Positions 1-10,810 are shown, counted from the stretch's first letter. The stretch: 32,000 nucleotides of DNA from an uncultured Fibrobacterota bacterium (GCA_903876665.1 CAIRAY010000100.1:22228-54227); one strand, 5' to 3'. Notes: generated from the letters alone by a model not told the origin. Program-made: numbers and translations.

Positions 1-2175
1 TGCGAAGATATTTTCTTCGATCCCAACATTTTGACCGTGGGAACCGGCCTGGATGCACACAACCTTTATGCGGTGGATTTCCTCAACACCACGAAGTGGA
101 TCCGCGAAAATTTGGCCGGAGCCCATGTGCTGGGTGGAGTGTCCAATCTGAGCTTTGCCTTCAAGGGCAACAATGCCATCCGTGAAGCCATGCATGCCTG
201 CTTCCTCTTCCACGCGATCAAGGTGGGCATGGATCTGGGCATTGTCAATGCGGGTGTGCTTCCTGTATACGAAGAGATTCCTGCCGAAGAGCGGGAATTG
301 ATCGAAGATGTCCTGTTCTTCCGCAGGCCCGACGCCACGGAACGCCTGGTCACCTACGCCGAACAGGTCAAGGGCCGCAAGAGCGGTGGTGCCGAAGCCG
401 ATGTGCAGGAATGGCGGACGGAGCCCGTGGCCCTGCGCCTTAAACATGCGATGGTCAAGGGTTTCGACCAGTTCATCGAACAGGATGTGCGCGATTGCAG
501 GCTCGAACTTCCGGGTCCCGTACAGGTCATTGAAGGTCCGCTCATGGACGGAATGAACGCCGTGGGTGATCTGTTTGGCGCAGGCAAAATGTTCCTGCCT
601 CAAGTGGTCAAGAGCGCTCGCGTCATGAAAAAGGCTGTGGCCGTGCTGCTTCCCGAACTCAATGAACTGAATTCCGGTGGCGCTTCCAAAGCCGGCAAAA
701 TTTTGATGGCCACGGTCAAGGGCGATGTCCATGACATTGGCAAAAATATTGTGGGTGTGATTCTTGGCTGCAATAACTACGAAGTCATCGACATTGGCGT
801 GATGGTGCCTTGCGACAAAATTATCGCAGCCGCCAAGGAGCATGGTGTGGACGCCATTGGCCTGAGCGGATTAATCACTCCTTCCCTAGATGAAATGGTG
901 CGCGTTGCCGAAGCCATGGAAGCCGAAGGCATGACCATTCCGCTTTTGATCGGTGGTGCCACCACGAGCTCCATTCATACTGCCGTGCGCATTGCACCCA
1001 AACGAACCCTGGGCGTCGTCCTCCATGTGCCTGACGCATCCCGCAGCGTGGGTGCCCTGGAATCCTTGTTGAACCCAGGTAAGCGCGAGGCCACTTATGC
1101 AAGCATCCGCGCCCAGCAGGAGAAGCTCCGCGCGGCTCACCAGCGGACTCTGGCTGCCCCCAAGTATTCCCTCGCCGATGCGCGTTCCAAGGCCCCGGCT
1201 CTCACTCCTTGGAAGACTGTAAAGCCTGCCTTTGAAGGCGTAAAAGCCCTGCGGGATTTCCCCCTGTCCGACTTGCTTCCCTTCATCGATTGGAAGATGT
1301 TCTTCATGGCTTGGGAAATGAAGGGACGCTTCCCCGAAATTTTGCAGGATGCCAAAACGGGCACCGAAGCCACCAAGCTCTACCAAGATGCCTTGGGCAT
1401 GATTTCCGAAATGGGGCGCAATCGCACCCTGAAAGCCCACGCCGTGATTGGATTCTTCCGGGCCAAGCGCACCGGCGATGACGTGGAGCTGTCGGTGGGG
1501 CAAGCCCGTTGTGACTGTGGCGTCGCGCATCATCATTCGCGTCCAGTCGGAAAGCTGTGCTTTCTGCGACAGCAGGAAATCATTCCCCTGCAAGGCAAGA
1601 AAGACAGTATTTGTCATTCATTGGCGGACTTTATTTCTGCCGATTCCGAAGACTATCTTGGCATATTTGCCTGCACGGCCGGTGACGGCCTGGCTACGCT
1701 GACTCAAAGCTACAAAGCCCAAGGGGATGAGTACCACGCAATTCTTGCGCAGACGGTTGCGGACCGGTTGGCAGAGGCTCTGGCCGAAAAGTTGCATCAG
1801 GATGTCCGCAAATCCCATTGGGGATATTCCCCGAGCGAGAATATGGACCTGGATGGTCTGCTCCACAGCAAGTACCCAGGAATCCGCCCCGCGCCGGGTT
1901 ACCCTGCCTGCCCCGATCACACGGAAAAAGGACGTATTTGGGAGCTACTGGATCCTGCGGGCAATTGCGGGATCGTGCTCACCGAAAACTTCACCATGGA
2001 CCCCATCGCTTCGGTATGCGGGTACTACTTTGCCCACCCTGAGAGTGGTTACTTTGGTATTGGCAAGCTCGCCAAGGACCAGGTTCAGGACTACGCAATC
2101 CGCAAGGGCATGTCCCTCTCCGATGCCGAACGCTGGCTGGGGCCGAATTTGGGCTACGAGGCCGGTGGGGTTTAA
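1..2175 (+). CDS. metH: Methionine synthase, cobalamin-dependent (C-terminal ~725 aa; 5' truncated by window edge)
   Basis: Frame is open to base 1 ([16 protein letters not shown]..., end of the pterin-binding domain). It contains the B12-binding motif [11 protein letters not shown], the [13 protein letters not shown] segment, and the activation-domain motifs [15 protein letters not shown] and [16 protein letters not shown]...RWLGPNLGY. Confidence 0.97.
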   Translation, partial: CEDIFFDPNILTVGTGLDAHNLYAVDFLNTTKWIRENLAGAHVLGGVSNLSFAFKGNNAIREAMHACFLFHAIKVGMDLGIVNAGVLPVYEEIPAEERELIEDVLFFRRPDATERLVTYAEQVKGRKSGGAEADVQEWRTEPVALRLKHAMVKGFDQFIEQDVRDCRLELPGPVQVIEGPLMDGMNAVGDLFGAGKMFLPQVVKSARVMKKAVAVLLPELNELNSGGASKAGKILMATVKGDVHDIGKNIVGVILGCNNYEVIDIGVMVPCDKIIAAAKEHGVDAIGLSGLITPSLDEMVRVAEAMEAEGMTIPLLIGGATTSSIHTAVRIAPKRTLGVVLHVPDASRSVGALESLLNPGKREATYASIRAQQEKLRAAHQRTLAAPKYSLADARSKAPALTPWKTVKPAFEGVKALRDFPLSDLLPFIDWKMFFMAWEMKGRFPEILQDAKTGTEATKLYQDALGMISEMGRNRTLKAHAVIGFFRAKRTGDDVELSVGQARCDCGVAHHHSRPVGKLCFLRQQEIIPLQGKKDSICHSLADFISADSEDYLGIFACTAGDGLATLTQSYKAQGDEYHAILAQTVADRLAEALAEKLHQDVRKSHWGYSPSENMDLDGLLHSKYPGIRPAPGYPACPDHTEKGRIWELLDPAGNCGIVLTENFTMDPIASVCGYYFAHPESGYFGIGKLAKDQVQDYAIRKGMSLSDAERWLGPNLGYEAGGV

Positions 2176-2231
2176 ATCCTGCAACGGGGCTCGGGCAGAT
2201 TGCCAACGGGCTTGTCACATCCGGCCTGGCA

Positions 2232-2786
2232 TCAGCGCATGGCCTTGCGAATCCGGTAGCTTGTGCCATCCGAGGCTGTGAAGGCCATCTCGAGCAGAGT
2301 CAAAAACTGCATTTCATTGGCGTCGAGGGAGCGGGAATAATCGGCGTCCAGCTCGCGTCCGTCGATGGTGTTGTTGCGGTCCAAATCCAGCCATTGCCAA
2401 TTTTCATTGGAAGCGGCTGTATCCGGTTTCCACGTAGGACCATGGGCGATAAATTGCAGGCTGGAAATCCCGCAGGGCATGGCAACTCGTCCATTCAAAT
2501 AGAGGGAGTCTGAGATCCATAATAATGTGTCACGTGACCGGTCCATGTTTTCCCAAATCACCTGTTGCTCATTTTGAAAAAGGAACTCCTGGGCCCTGCT
2601 CACGCGAGTCTGTAAAGCAAGAAACGAAGCTTGGCTTGCCAAATTTTCAAGCCCGATTTTTTGCCGGTTGAAGATGGTGTTGTGCAAGTGTAGCCAAAGT
2701 CCGACGGCCAGTGCGCATCCAATGGCCGAGATGGTCATGGCCATCATCATTTCAATCAGGGTAAATCCGGAGTTATGGCGAGACAT
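2232..2786 (-). CDS. Prepilin-type N-terminal cleavage/methylation domain protein (pseudopilin, GspJ/PilW-like)
   Basis: N-terminus MSRHNSGFTLIEMMMAMTISAIGCALAVG is a class III prepilin signal (G|FTLIE plus hydrophobic helix). Overlaps the next pilin-like ORF by 14 nt. Confidence 0.85.
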   Translation of the reverse strand: MSRHNSGFTLIEMMMAMTISAIGCALAVGLWLHLHNTIFNRQKIGLENLASQASFLALQTRVSRAQEFLFQNEQQVIWENMDRSRDTLLWISDSLYLNGRVAMPCGISSLQFIAHGPTWKPDTAASNENWQWLDLDRNNTIDGRELDADYSRSLDANEMQFLTLLEMAFTASDGTSYRIRKAMR

Positions 2787-3213
2787 GGATGACTCCCCCG
2801 ACTGACAAAAATTGACTCGATGTGTAGGGCGCCCCCTGCTTGCTTACATGGTAGATTTTTAACACCACCTCGCGTGGGCGCTGCAGAAAGCGCATGGCCT
2901 GGTCTGTGGGCATGCCCAGGGAATCCGCAATGTTGCGCAGGTCGTTGGTATCGAGCACTTGTCGCTCGAGTTCAAATTGGTCTAAACCCTGTTTCACCGT
3001 CCAGGTGGAATCGACAGCTAGCGCAGGGAAAGCAACCAACAACTCCATCTCGTTTGCCAGGATCATTTGGGCTTCCGAGCGTACCCGATCCTTGGCGCTA
3101 ATCGTTCCATAGGCAAGGAACCAGTAAAAGAGCGCTGAGAATCCAATGGTTAGAATGGCGATAGCGATTAGCGCTTCGATCAGGGTAAATCCCGCTTTAA
3201 TTTTTGGGGTCAC
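2773..3213 (-). CDS. Prepilin-type N-terminal cleavage/methylation domain protein (pseudopilin, GspI/PilV-like)
   Basis: N-terminus MTPKIKAGFTLIEALIAIAILTIGFSALFYW is a class III prepilin signal. Overlaps the upstream gene by 4 nt. Confidence 0.85.
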   Translation of the reverse strand: MTPKIKAGFTLIEALIAIAILTIGFSALFYWFLAYGTISAKDRVRSEAQMILANEMELLVAFPALAVDSTWTVKQGLDQFELERQVLDTNDLRNIADSLGMPTDQAMRFLQRPREVVLKIYHVSKQGAPYTSSQFLSVGGVIHVSP

Positions 3214-4526
3214 TCCGTCCTCCAGCGCAAGGAAGCGAAGTGGAGGGGTTCACCGAAACTCATTCCCGGCAATTGCAGCATTCCGCTAGGGAGGCTATCG
3301 CGATTGAATACTCCATTCCCCGGACAATTGGTACCTGTTTTGTATTGACAGGAAAGTCTGCGCACCACGGTGATTCCTCCCACCAGCCCCTCATTGCGGA
3401 TGCCACCAGGGGAAATGACTGCTCCTAGAATTTTGGCGTCCGTTTCAACCAGGATTTCAGCGGTGGGAATGGAGCTGAAAACGTAGCCCGTGAAGCGGGT
3501 GTCGTCTTGGAATAGGATGTCGCCTTTGCCTGATTCCGGACGTGTGGTGGGGTGGCTGGTGGCCACAAAGGACCAAGGCAAATACGTGGATTCCCCGGAA
3601 AGCAAAATATTCCCTTGAGCGAAAAGACGTACTTCAAAGCGGTGCTCTCCTTCGATCTGAATCCGGCCCATGCTGAAGATGGTGAGGCGCTTGGCGGTGA
3701 TGGAACCTCGGATCAAAACATCCCCCTCGGAAATGAGCACCAGGGTATCCGCATCAATGGATCCTTCCAGCTCGATGTTGCCTTGTACGACGAACAAATG
3801 GGATCCAGGAAGACGGAATTTGGAATTGTATTTTCCGGACAAGTCTATTCGCAAATCTCCCCGTTCCACCCGGACGGTGTCTTCCTGAAGTAATGAATTT
3901 TCCCCCCAAATGCGCTGATTACCCCGGACGCAGGATTCTCCGCATTTTTCCAGGGAATCGGGCTGAAACAAAGTCCGGTGCAGGTTGACCCAATACATCC
4001 ACTTTGTCTCCAGAACCTGCATCGATTGGTTCATGATTTGTACCGAAGCGGGGGTGACGGGAATTCCTGCCGAAAGCAAGGGGCCCTTGACGCGCAATTG
4101 GGAGAGCGAGGTCTGGTCCATTGGATCCAGCACCCGTAGGGCGTATTCAAATGCACCCTTATTTCTAGGCCTTCCCAGCTCGACTACGGTTTTGGCGGAC
4201 TCCCCCAGGAAATCTGCGGTGCTTTCGATGCGAAGCCAAAAATCCGAGCTGTCCACAAGGATCGTAGGAACGACCAGCCCAGCAGGCGGACGCAAAAGTT
4301 CGTTTTTGGCGGAATCCCGGGGCGGGGTGGATAACCTCCAGGCCTCGAGCTCAATGGCACCTTCCGCCAGGCTCTGCGCTTGCATGCGGTGAAGGCGCTT
4401 TACCGCCAGAAAAGAACCATGCCCGCTCCCGGAAAGGAGCGCATTGGCCAGCAGGGTTGCCACAAGAAGCACTAACAGGGAGAGTGCAAGGGCGTTTCCT
4501 GACCGGTTCCGTTTCATTTCCAACAA
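3210..4526 (-). CDS. PilX/GspK-like pilus-associated protein with C-terminal repetitive (beta-solenoid/bactofilin-like) region
   Basis: N-terminal hydrophobic helix followed by LAEGAIELEAW (PilX-like; no canonical GFTLIE). Repetitive segment NIELEGSIDADTLVLISEGDVLIRGSITAKRLTIFSMGRIQIEG. The start may be the TTG at 4526 or the ATG at 4517. Confidence 0.65.
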   Translation of the reverse strand: MLEMKRNRSGNALALSLLVLLVATLLANALLSGSGHGSFLAVKRLHRMQAQSLAEGAIELEAWRLSTPPRDSAKNELLRPPAGLVVPTILVDSSDFWLRIESTADFLGESAKTVVELGRPRNKGAFEYALRVLDPMDQTSLSQLRVKGPLLSAGIPVTPASVQIMNQSMQVLETKWMYWVNLHRTLFQPDSLEKCGESCVRGNQRIWGENSLLQEDTVRVERGDLRIDLSGKYNSKFRLPGSHLFVVQGNIELEGSIDADTLVLISEGDVLIRGSITAKRLTIFSMGRIQIEGEHRFEVRLFAQGNILLSGESTYLPWSFVATSHPTTRPESGKGDILFQDDTRFTGYVFSSIPTAEILVETDAKILGAVISPGGIRNEGLVGGITVVRRLSCQYKTGTNCPGNGVFNRDSLPSGMLQLPGMSFGEPLHFASLRWRTE

Positions 4527-4699
4527 ATGTAGTTCCCGGGATTCTCAAAATAGTTCAAAGAAAGCTTGATCCTTGCCTGATTTAGGGCGAACCTCTTTTC
4601 TTGTTTTTCACATTTAGTATGTTTTCGCCTTTGAAAAACAGTTTAGCCCACAAGGTCTAGTTGTTTGTACATTTGTGCAGTACTTTTCTGTGAGAGATT

Positions 4700-6556
4700 A
4701 TGGCCATACCTCAGACTCCTAAATATGACGAATCGAGCATTAAATCCCTGGAATGGAACGAACACATCCGATTGCGCCCCGGCATGTACATCGGAAAGCT
4801 CGGTGACGGCTCCGCTCCGGACGACGGCATCTATGTGCTATGCAAAGAAATCATCGACAATTCCATCGATGAATTCGTTATGGGCGCCGGCAAAAAGGTC
4901 GAAATTTCTGTTGATGAGAAGCAAGTCCGCATTCGCGATTTTGGCCGTGGCATCCCCTTGGGCAAAGTCATCGAATGTGTCTCCAAGATCAACACCGGTG
5001 GCAAATACGACTCCGAGGCCTTCCAGAAGTCTGTTGGGCTCAATGGTGTGGGCACCAAGGCGGTGAACGCCCTTTCCCAAAAATTCGTGGTGTGTTCCCA
5101 TCGCGACGGACGTTGCAAAAAGGCAGAATTCAGCCGGGGTCTTCTGCTCAAGGAGTGGCCCGAGGCCGCCACTTCCGAAAAGAATGGAACCGAGGTGGTT
5201 TTTGAGCCCGATTCCACCATCTTCCACAACTACCGCTTTCTTCCTGCCTATTTGGAAGAGAAAATCTGGAACTACGCCTATTTGAATAACGGGCTCACCC
5301 TAGTTTTCAATGGCAAAAACTACAGTAGCCCCAATGGCCTGCGGGATTTGCTGGCAAAACATGTGGACGATTCCATCCGCTATCCGCTGGTTCATTTGCG
5401 GAGCTCCGATATCGAATTTTCATTCACCCACGGCAACCAGTACGGCGAGCATTATTTCAGCTTCGTAAATGGGCAGCACACCACCCAGGGCGGAACCCAT
5501 CTCAACGCCTTCCGCGAAGCCATCGTTAAAACCGTGCGGGACTTTTTCAAAAAAGACTACGACGCGGCCGATGTGCGTAGCTGCATCGTGGGTGCGGTTT
5601 CTGTGCGCATCCAGGAGCCCGTATTCGAATCCCAGACCAAAACGCGTTTGGGCTCCAATACCATATCCCCCAATGGCCCTGTTTTGCGGGGCTGGCTCAT
5701 GGATTATGTGACCAAGGAACTCGATAATTACTTGCACAAGAATCCCGAAACCGCCAAGGCCATGCAGGACCGCATCATCCAGTCCGAGCGGGAGCGCAAG
5801 GAGATTTCCGGTATCCGCAAACTGGCCAATGACCGGGCCAAAAAGGCAAATCTCCACAACAAAAAATTGCGAGATTGCAAAGTGCATCTGGTGGACGAAA
5901 AAAACCCGCGCAAACGCGACACCATGATTTTCATCACCGAAGGTGACTCTGCCTCGGGTTCCATCACCAAGTCCCGCGAAGTCTTGACCCAGGCTGTTTT
6001 CAGCCTCAAGGGCAAACCTCTCAACACTTTCGGCCTTACTCGTAAAGTGGTCTACGAGAACGAGGAGTTTAACCTGTTGCAACACGCCCTCGATATCGAG
6101 AATGGCCTGGAAAACTTGCGTTACGACAAGGTGATCATCGCCACCGATGCCGATGTGGACGGCATGCATATCCGTCTGTTGATGATGACGTTTTTTCTCC
6201 AGTTTTTCCCTGAGCTGGTGGAGCAGCAGCATCTCTATATTCTGCAAACTCCGCTTTTTCGGGTCCGCAATAAAAAAGAAACCCGCTACTGCTACGATGA
6301 ATTTGAGAAGCAGGAAGCCATGAAGTCCTTGGGAGACAAAGGTCTTGAGATTACCCGCTTCAAAGGCCTCGGTGAAATCAGCCCGTCTGAATTTGGGCTG
6401 TTCATTGGAGAACACATTCGCCTGGAGTCCGTAACCATGCCTCCGGATACCTCCCTGGGCAAGACTTTGGAATATTACATGGGTAAAAATACCCCCCAGC
6501 GCCAGGAATTCATTGTCGAAAACCTGCGCTACGATGTTGTGGTTGATGTAGTTTGA
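4700..6556 (+). CDS. parE: DNA topoisomerase IV subunit B (ParE; GyrB/ParE family)
   Basis: GHKL ATPase motifs ([57 protein letters not shown]) and TOPRIM motifs ([24 protein letters not shown]). About 618 aa and directly upstream of a GyrA/ParC-family gene. Confidence 0.93.
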   Translation: MAIPQTPKYDESSIKSLEWNEHIRLRPGMYIGKLGDGSAPDDGIYVLCKEIIDNSIDEFVMGAGKKVEISVDEKQVRIRDFGRGIPLGKVIECVSKINTGGKYDSEAFQKSVGLNGVGTKAVNALSQKFVVCSHRDGRCKKAEFSRGLLLKEWPEAATSEKNGTEVVFEPDSTIFHNYRFLPAYLEEKIWNYAYLNNGLTLVFNGKNYSSPNGLRDLLAKHVDDSIRYPLVHLRSSDIEFSFTHGNQYGEHYFSFVNGQHTTQGGTHLNAFREAIVKTVRDFFKKDYDAADVRSCIVGAVSVRIQEPVFESQTKTRLGSNTISPNGPVLRGWLMDYVTKELDNYLHKNPETAKAMQDRIIQSERERKEISGIRKLANDRAKKANLHNKKLRDCKVHLVDEKNPRKRDTMIFITEGDSASGSITKSREVLTQAVFSLKGKPLNTFGLTRKVVYENEEFNLLQHALDIENGLENLRYDKVIIATDADVDGMHIRLLMMTFFLQFFPELVEQQHLYILQTPLFRVRNKKETRYCYDEFEKQEAMKSLGDKGLEITRFKGLGEISPSEFGLFIGEHIRLESVTMPPDTSLGKTLEYYMGKNTPQRQEFIVENLRYDVVVDVV

Positions 6557-6582
6557 TTCGCTGCCAAAAGAGTAAATCCTAG

Positions 6583-9162
6583 ATGAAAAATAAAGACGAG
6601 CAAACCTTTGATGAATCTGGCGCCCCGGTGGTCAAGGTCGAGAACCATTTGCAAGGCCTCTATAAGAATTGGTTTCTGGAATACGCCAGTTATGTGATTT
6701 TGGATCGTGCGGTGCCCTACTACGAAGACGGTCTTAAGCCCGTTCAGCGTCGCATTTTGCATACGCTTTTCGAGATGCACGATGGGCGCCATCACAAGAT
6801 TGCCAATGTGATCGGCCAGACCATGAAGTACCACCCACATGGCGATGCGAGTATTGGTGACGCCTTGGTCGGCCTGGGTCAAAAAGACCTGTTGATTGAC
6901 ATGCAGGGTAACTGGGGAAACCCTTCTACCGGCGACTCTGCCGCCGCTCCCCGCTACATTGAGGGCCGCCTGACTCAATTCGCACTAGATGTGCTTTTCA
7001 ATCCCGAAACGACCGATTTTGTCCCCAGTTACGATGGCCGTTCTAAAGAGCCCATTACCCTCCCGGTAAAATTTCCTCTCCTACTGGCCCAAGGAGTAGA
7101 GGGTATCGCGGTGGGTCTTTCCACCACCATTTTACCCCATAACTTCTGCGAACTTCTGGAAGCCAGCATCGCCTATTTGCGTGGGCGTAAATTTGACCTG
7201 TATCCCGATTTTCCGGGTGGCGGCATCGCCGACGTTTCCAACTACAACGATGGCTTGCGGGGCGGAAAAGTCAAGGTACGCGCCAAAATCGAAAAGTCCG
7301 ATAATCGGACCTTGGTGATCAGTGAAATCCCTTATGGGACAACGACTGGATCCCTGATTGAAAGTATTGTCGCTGCTAACGACAAAGGCAAAATCAAGAT
7401 CAAAAAGGTGGACGACAATACGGCGGCCGAGGTGGAAGTCGTCATTCACTTGGCACCCGGTTCCGAGCCCCAGGTGGTCATCGACGCTTTGTTTGCATTC
7501 ACGGATTGCGAAAAATCCCTGTCTCCCAACTCTTGCATTATCGTAGAAAAAAAGCCCGCCTTCCTGAGCGTCACCGAGATCCTAAAAAAGAATACCGACC
7601 ACACGGTTCGGTTGCTGGAATGGGAGCTCAAAAATCGCCTGGATCACCTGCAATCCAGGTGGCACATGACTTCTCTCGAAAAGATTTTCATCGAGCAGAA
7701 GGTGTATTCCGTAATCGAAAAGGCCCACGACAAAGAAGAAATGGTCACCTTGATTCAAGATGGCCTCAAACCCTTCATCAAAAAACTCCGGCGCGAAATT
7801 TCCCGTGAAGATGTCCTGCGTTTAGGCGAAATTCCTGTGCGTCGCACATCTTTGTACGACAAGAAAAAGACAGACGAGCTCCTGATTGAGCTAGACACCC
7901 ATATTGGCGAGGTCCAAGGTCACTTGATGGGACTGGTAGACTACGCAGTCAATTGGTTCAAAGACTTGCTGAAAAAGTATGGCAAGGGCCGGGAACGTCG
8001 CACCGAACTGGCCGGGTTCGAAAAGGTCAGCGCCGTCCATGTGGCCATAGCGAACCAGAAGTTATACGTGAACGCCAAAGAAGGCTTCATGGGCACCAGC
8101 CTCAAAAAAGAAGAATTTCTTTTTGATGTGTCCGAATACGACGATATCATCGTGTTCAAGGCTGATGCGAGCTTCATGGTGGTCCGTGTGTCCGAAAAGG
8201 CCTTCGTAGGCAAGGACGTGATTCGGGTGGAACGCTTTAATAAAGATGATGAACGTCATATTTACAACTTGGTTTACCAGGATGGCAAGGATGGCCCTTC
8301 CTATGTCAAGCGCTTCAACGTCGGGGGCATAACCCGCGACAAGGAGTATCCACTCGGAAAGAGTACCCCGGGCACCAAGGTCCTTTACTTGTCCTCCAAT
8401 CCCAATGGTGAAGCCGAAGTGGTCGAAGTTGTTCTCAAGCCACGGCCACGCATCAAATTGAACTTCGAAGTGGATTTTTCCGAAGTCGATGTCAAGGGGC
8501 GCGGTGCTGGGGGAAACCAGATCACCAAGTATCCAATTCGAATCGTCAAGAAATCCCGCACCGGCGTGTCCACCCTGGGTGCGCGGGTCTTGTATTTTGA
8601 TGCCAATTCCGGCGTAGTGGGTTCGCAGAAAAAGGGCGAAGCTTTAGGTGAATTCGAAAAGTCCGACAAGGTGTTTGTGGTTCGCAAGAACGGCATTGCC
8701 CGAATTTATGATTTCTCAGATCCAATATTGGTTGGCACCGATGTTTTATGGGTGGGACGTTTTGACCCCGAAAGCGTTGGCGACCAAATCTTCTCTATTC
8801 TGTATTTCGATGGTGCCAATTTCACCTACTATGTCAAGCGTTTCACTTTGGAAGGCGCGCCTTCGACCACGGATTTCTCGCTGATCACCGATCATGCCGA
8901 TTCCCGCTTGATTGAATTCTTCGACGACCTAGAGCCCAAGGCTCTGGTGGAATACCAGACCACCGGCAAAGAGATCCAACGGGAGCTGCTGGATTTGACC
9001 GTGGTGGCCGATGTCAAGAGCTACAAGGCTCTGGGCAGCAAATTCACAGCTAAGAAGGTGCGCAAGGTGATGAAGGCCCCTGAGACCGTGGTTTCGGGGG
9101 AACAAACCCCCGAAGAGGCCCTCAAGAAGGAAAAGCCCCTTGAACTGGATCTCTTCCGCTAA
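6583..9162 (+). CDS. parC: DNA topoisomerase IV subunit A (ParC; GyrA/ParC family)
   Basis: YASYVILDRAVPYYEDGLKPVQRRILHTLFEMHDGR, KYHPHGDASIGDALVGLGQK, GNWGNPSTGDSAAAPRYIEGRLT (catalytic Tyr region). Located 26 bp after parE. Confidence 0.93.
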   Translation: MKNKDEQTFDESGAPVVKVENHLQGLYKNWFLEYASYVILDRAVPYYEDGLKPVQRRILHTLFEMHDGRHHKIANVIGQTMKYHPHGDASIGDALVGLGQKDLLIDMQGNWGNPSTGDSAAAPRYIEGRLTQFALDVLFNPETTDFVPSYDGRSKEPITLPVKFPLLLAQGVEGIAVGLSTTILPHNFCELLEASIAYLRGRKFDLYPDFPGGGIADVSNYNDGLRGGKVKVRAKIEKSDNRTLVISEIPYGTTTGSLIESIVAANDKGKIKIKKVDDNTAAEVEVVIHLAPGSEPQVVIDALFAFTDCEKSLSPNSCIIVEKKPAFLSVTEILKKNTDHTVRLLEWELKNRLDHLQSRWHMTSLEKIFIEQKVYSVIEKAHDKEEMVTLIQDGLKPFIKKLRREISREDVLRLGEIPVRRTSLYDKKKTDELLIELDTHIGEVQGHLMGLVDYAVNWFKDLLKKYGKGRERRTELAGFEKVSAVHVAIANQKLYVNAKEGFMGTSLKKEEFLFDVSEYDDIIVFKADASFMVVRVSEKAFVGKDVIRVERFNKDDERHIYNLVYQDGKDGPSYVKRFNVGGITRDKEYPLGKSTPGTKVLYLSSNPNGEAEVVEVVLKPRPRIKLNFEVDFSEVDVKGRGAGGNQITKYPIRIVKKSRTGVSTLGARVLYFDANSGVVGSQKKGEALGEFEKSDKVFVVRKNGIARIYDFSDPILVGTDVLWVGRFDPESVGDQIFSILYFDGANFTYYVKRFTLEGAPSTTDFSLITDHADSRLIEFFDDLEPKALVEYQTTGKEIQRELLDLTVVADVKSYKALGSKFTAKKVRKVMKAPETVVSGEQTPEEALKKEKPLELDLFR

Positions 9163-9174
9163 AGGAGTTCAGCC

Positions 9175-9675
9175 ATGAAAAAATCGATTTTCACTATTTT
9201 TGCAATTCTCGGTTTGGTGGCACTGAATTTTGGCGTGGACCGCATCACCAAAATGATGGCAGTTTCGAGCCTAAAAGGACAGGCGACGATTGAAGTGGTG
9301 GGTAATTTCTTCATTCTGCATTTTGCTGAAAACAAGGGCGCATTCCTGAGCATGGGTTCTGCCATGGGCGAGTGGGGGCGCTTCGCCTTCTTGGCTATTT
9401 TGCCGGCCATTGCCTTGGTGGGTGGGCTCGGGTACTTAATTTTTCGGCGCGACCGGCTTGATACCTTTCACCTGGTCTGCTGGTCCTCGCTGATTGGCGG
9501 CGGGCTTGCCAATATCTACGATCGTCTTTTCAACGAAGGCCGCGTCGTGGATTTTATGAATTTTGGCATCGGCTCCCTGCGGACCGGCATTTTGAATGTG
9601 GCCGACCTTTCCATCACTTTTGCGGTGGTGGCTCTGTTCCTGGTCGGGCTAAAAAAGGATCCGAAAAAGGGCTGA
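9175..9675 (+). CDS. lspA: Lipoprotein signal peptidase (signal peptidase II)
   Basis: ENKGAFLSMG, GGGLANIYDRLFNEGRVVDFMNFG and GILNVADLSIT match the conserved LspA motifs with both catalytic Asp. AAGGAG upstream of ATG. Confidence 0.93.
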   Translation: MKKSIFTIFAILGLVALNFGVDRITKMMAVSSLKGQATIEVVGNFFILHFAENKGAFLSMGSAMGEWGRFAFLAILPAIALVGGLGYLIFRRDRLDTFHLVCWSSLIGGGLANIYDRLFNEGRVVDFMNFGIGSLRTGILNVADLSITFAVVALFLVGLKKDPKKG

Positions 9676-9676
9676 G

Positions 9677-10810
9677 TTAGAAGCAAACGCCCGTTTCCAA
9701 AATCAGCTTGTAGTCGAGATAAATGCCATTATCGCTCCCGTATTCCAAAACTCCCAGGGAGTTCTTGGGTATATAGGAATTGGCGATATCCCAGGTGTTC
9801 CATCCATCGTTATACCAAGTGGAACTAAACGAGACCAGATGAATTCCTCCTTGGACTCCTCCTGACAGGAGAATCCATTTCCATTGATTTGGAAATCGAT
9901 ATTGCCAACGGAGATTTCCAATGGCCAGACCAATATCGTATGCGCTTTCGCTTGTTGCTGTCCAAGTAACTTTGGTTACGTTGGCCTCTAATCCACCCAC
10001 AAGTCCACTGTGCTTTGACATACCCCAACCCGTAGCAATGCCGACCATCCAAGGATGAAAAACTGTGTTCCCAAATCGTGTTGCGATGCCTTTCTCTCCC
10101 CAGCTGCCTCGGATTGCAAAATACGAACCACCGGTGGAGGTCAGGTCGATTTGGTTACGAATAGTTGCCATTTGACTTTCTGTGTATTCGGGTACCCCAC
10201 CACCGATGAAGTAAATCGCCGCCTCGTTATGAAGGGGATTTGCCGTAAAGGCGTAGTCTACAGACGGATATTTTGCTGCATGTTCTTGATATTCGCTCCA
10301 GGCATTTGCGTTTTGTTGCTGCTCTTGCTGTTTTTCTTCATCAATTCTGCGTTGCTTTTTTTGCTGGGCCAGCAATGCTTGCTGATCCTTTAGTCTTTGT
10401 TGTTCCTCAATGCGACGGTTTTCGGCTTCAAAGGCTAGGCGGGATTCTTCTTGTTTTCGTTGCTGGGCAATGACTTCCATTTTGGCTTTGAGAATCATGC
10501 GCTCAAACTTCTGGCGGAAGCCCCCGGGGGGCAGAACCGACATGGCAAAGTACCCAGTATTGTAACAGTCCAAGTAGTTTTGGTTGTAAAAATGGACCAT
10601 GGCAATGTACACAGAAACACCCATGGCTTCTCGGGTCGTTGTATCCCCCAAAGTGTTGCGTGAGGACAGAAAATAGCCCAATGCTTCCTTACTGTTTCCG
10701 TTTTCCAATGCAACCTTGCCCATAAGAAATTGTTCTCTTGCCTCTCCATTCGTGGTATTTGCAAAAAGCGGTATGGCAAGCAGGATCAGCAAAATGGAAA
10801 GATTCATCAA
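9677..10810 (-). CDS. Secreted/periplasmic protein of unknown function; Q/K/E-rich coiled coil followed by a beta-rich C-terminal domain
   Basis: Signal peptide (MMNLSILLILLAIPLFANTTNG), helical repeat-like N-terminal region, long coiled-coil (KQEESRLAFEAENRRIEEQQRLKDQQALLAQQKKQRRIDEEKQQEQQQ), aromatic and Gly-rich C-terminus ending in F. Confidence 0.7.
   Translation of the reverse strand: MMNLSILLILLAIPLFANTTNGEAREQFLMGKVALENGNSKEALGYFLSSRNTLGDTTTREAMGVSVYIAMVHFYNQNYLDCYNTGYFAMSVLPPGGFRQKFERMILKAKMEVIAQQRKQEESRLAFEAENRRIEEQQRLKDQQALLAQQKKQRRIDEEKQQEQQQNANAWSEYQEHAAKYPSVDYAFTANPLHNEAAIYFIGGGVPEYTESQMATIRNQIDLTSTGGSYFAIRGSWGEKGIATRFGNTVFHPWMVGIATGWGMSKHSGLVGGLEANVTKVTWTATSESAYDIGLAIGNLRWQYRFPNQWKWILLSGGVQGGIHLVSFSSTWYNDGWNTWDIANSYIPKNSLGVLEYGSDNGIYLDYKLILETGVCF

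Noticed and set aside
886-1617. 243-aa minus-strand ORF inside metH
   Set aside because: Antisense to well-conserved MetH domains; no motif or signal.
4527-4699. Possible promoter or small RNA in the AT-rich gap upstream of parE
   Set aside because: No -35/-10 pair with acceptable spacing and no convincing stem-loop could be defined by eye.
5420-6415. 331-aa minus-strand ORF inside parE
   Set aside because: Antisense to conserved ParE TOPRIM/transducer regions; shadow ORF.
10273-10473. Run of CTT/TTG/TGC-type triplets suggesting a microsatellite
   Set aside because: It is the coding sequence of the Gln/Lys/Glu-rich coiled coil on the minus strand, not a precise tandem repeat.
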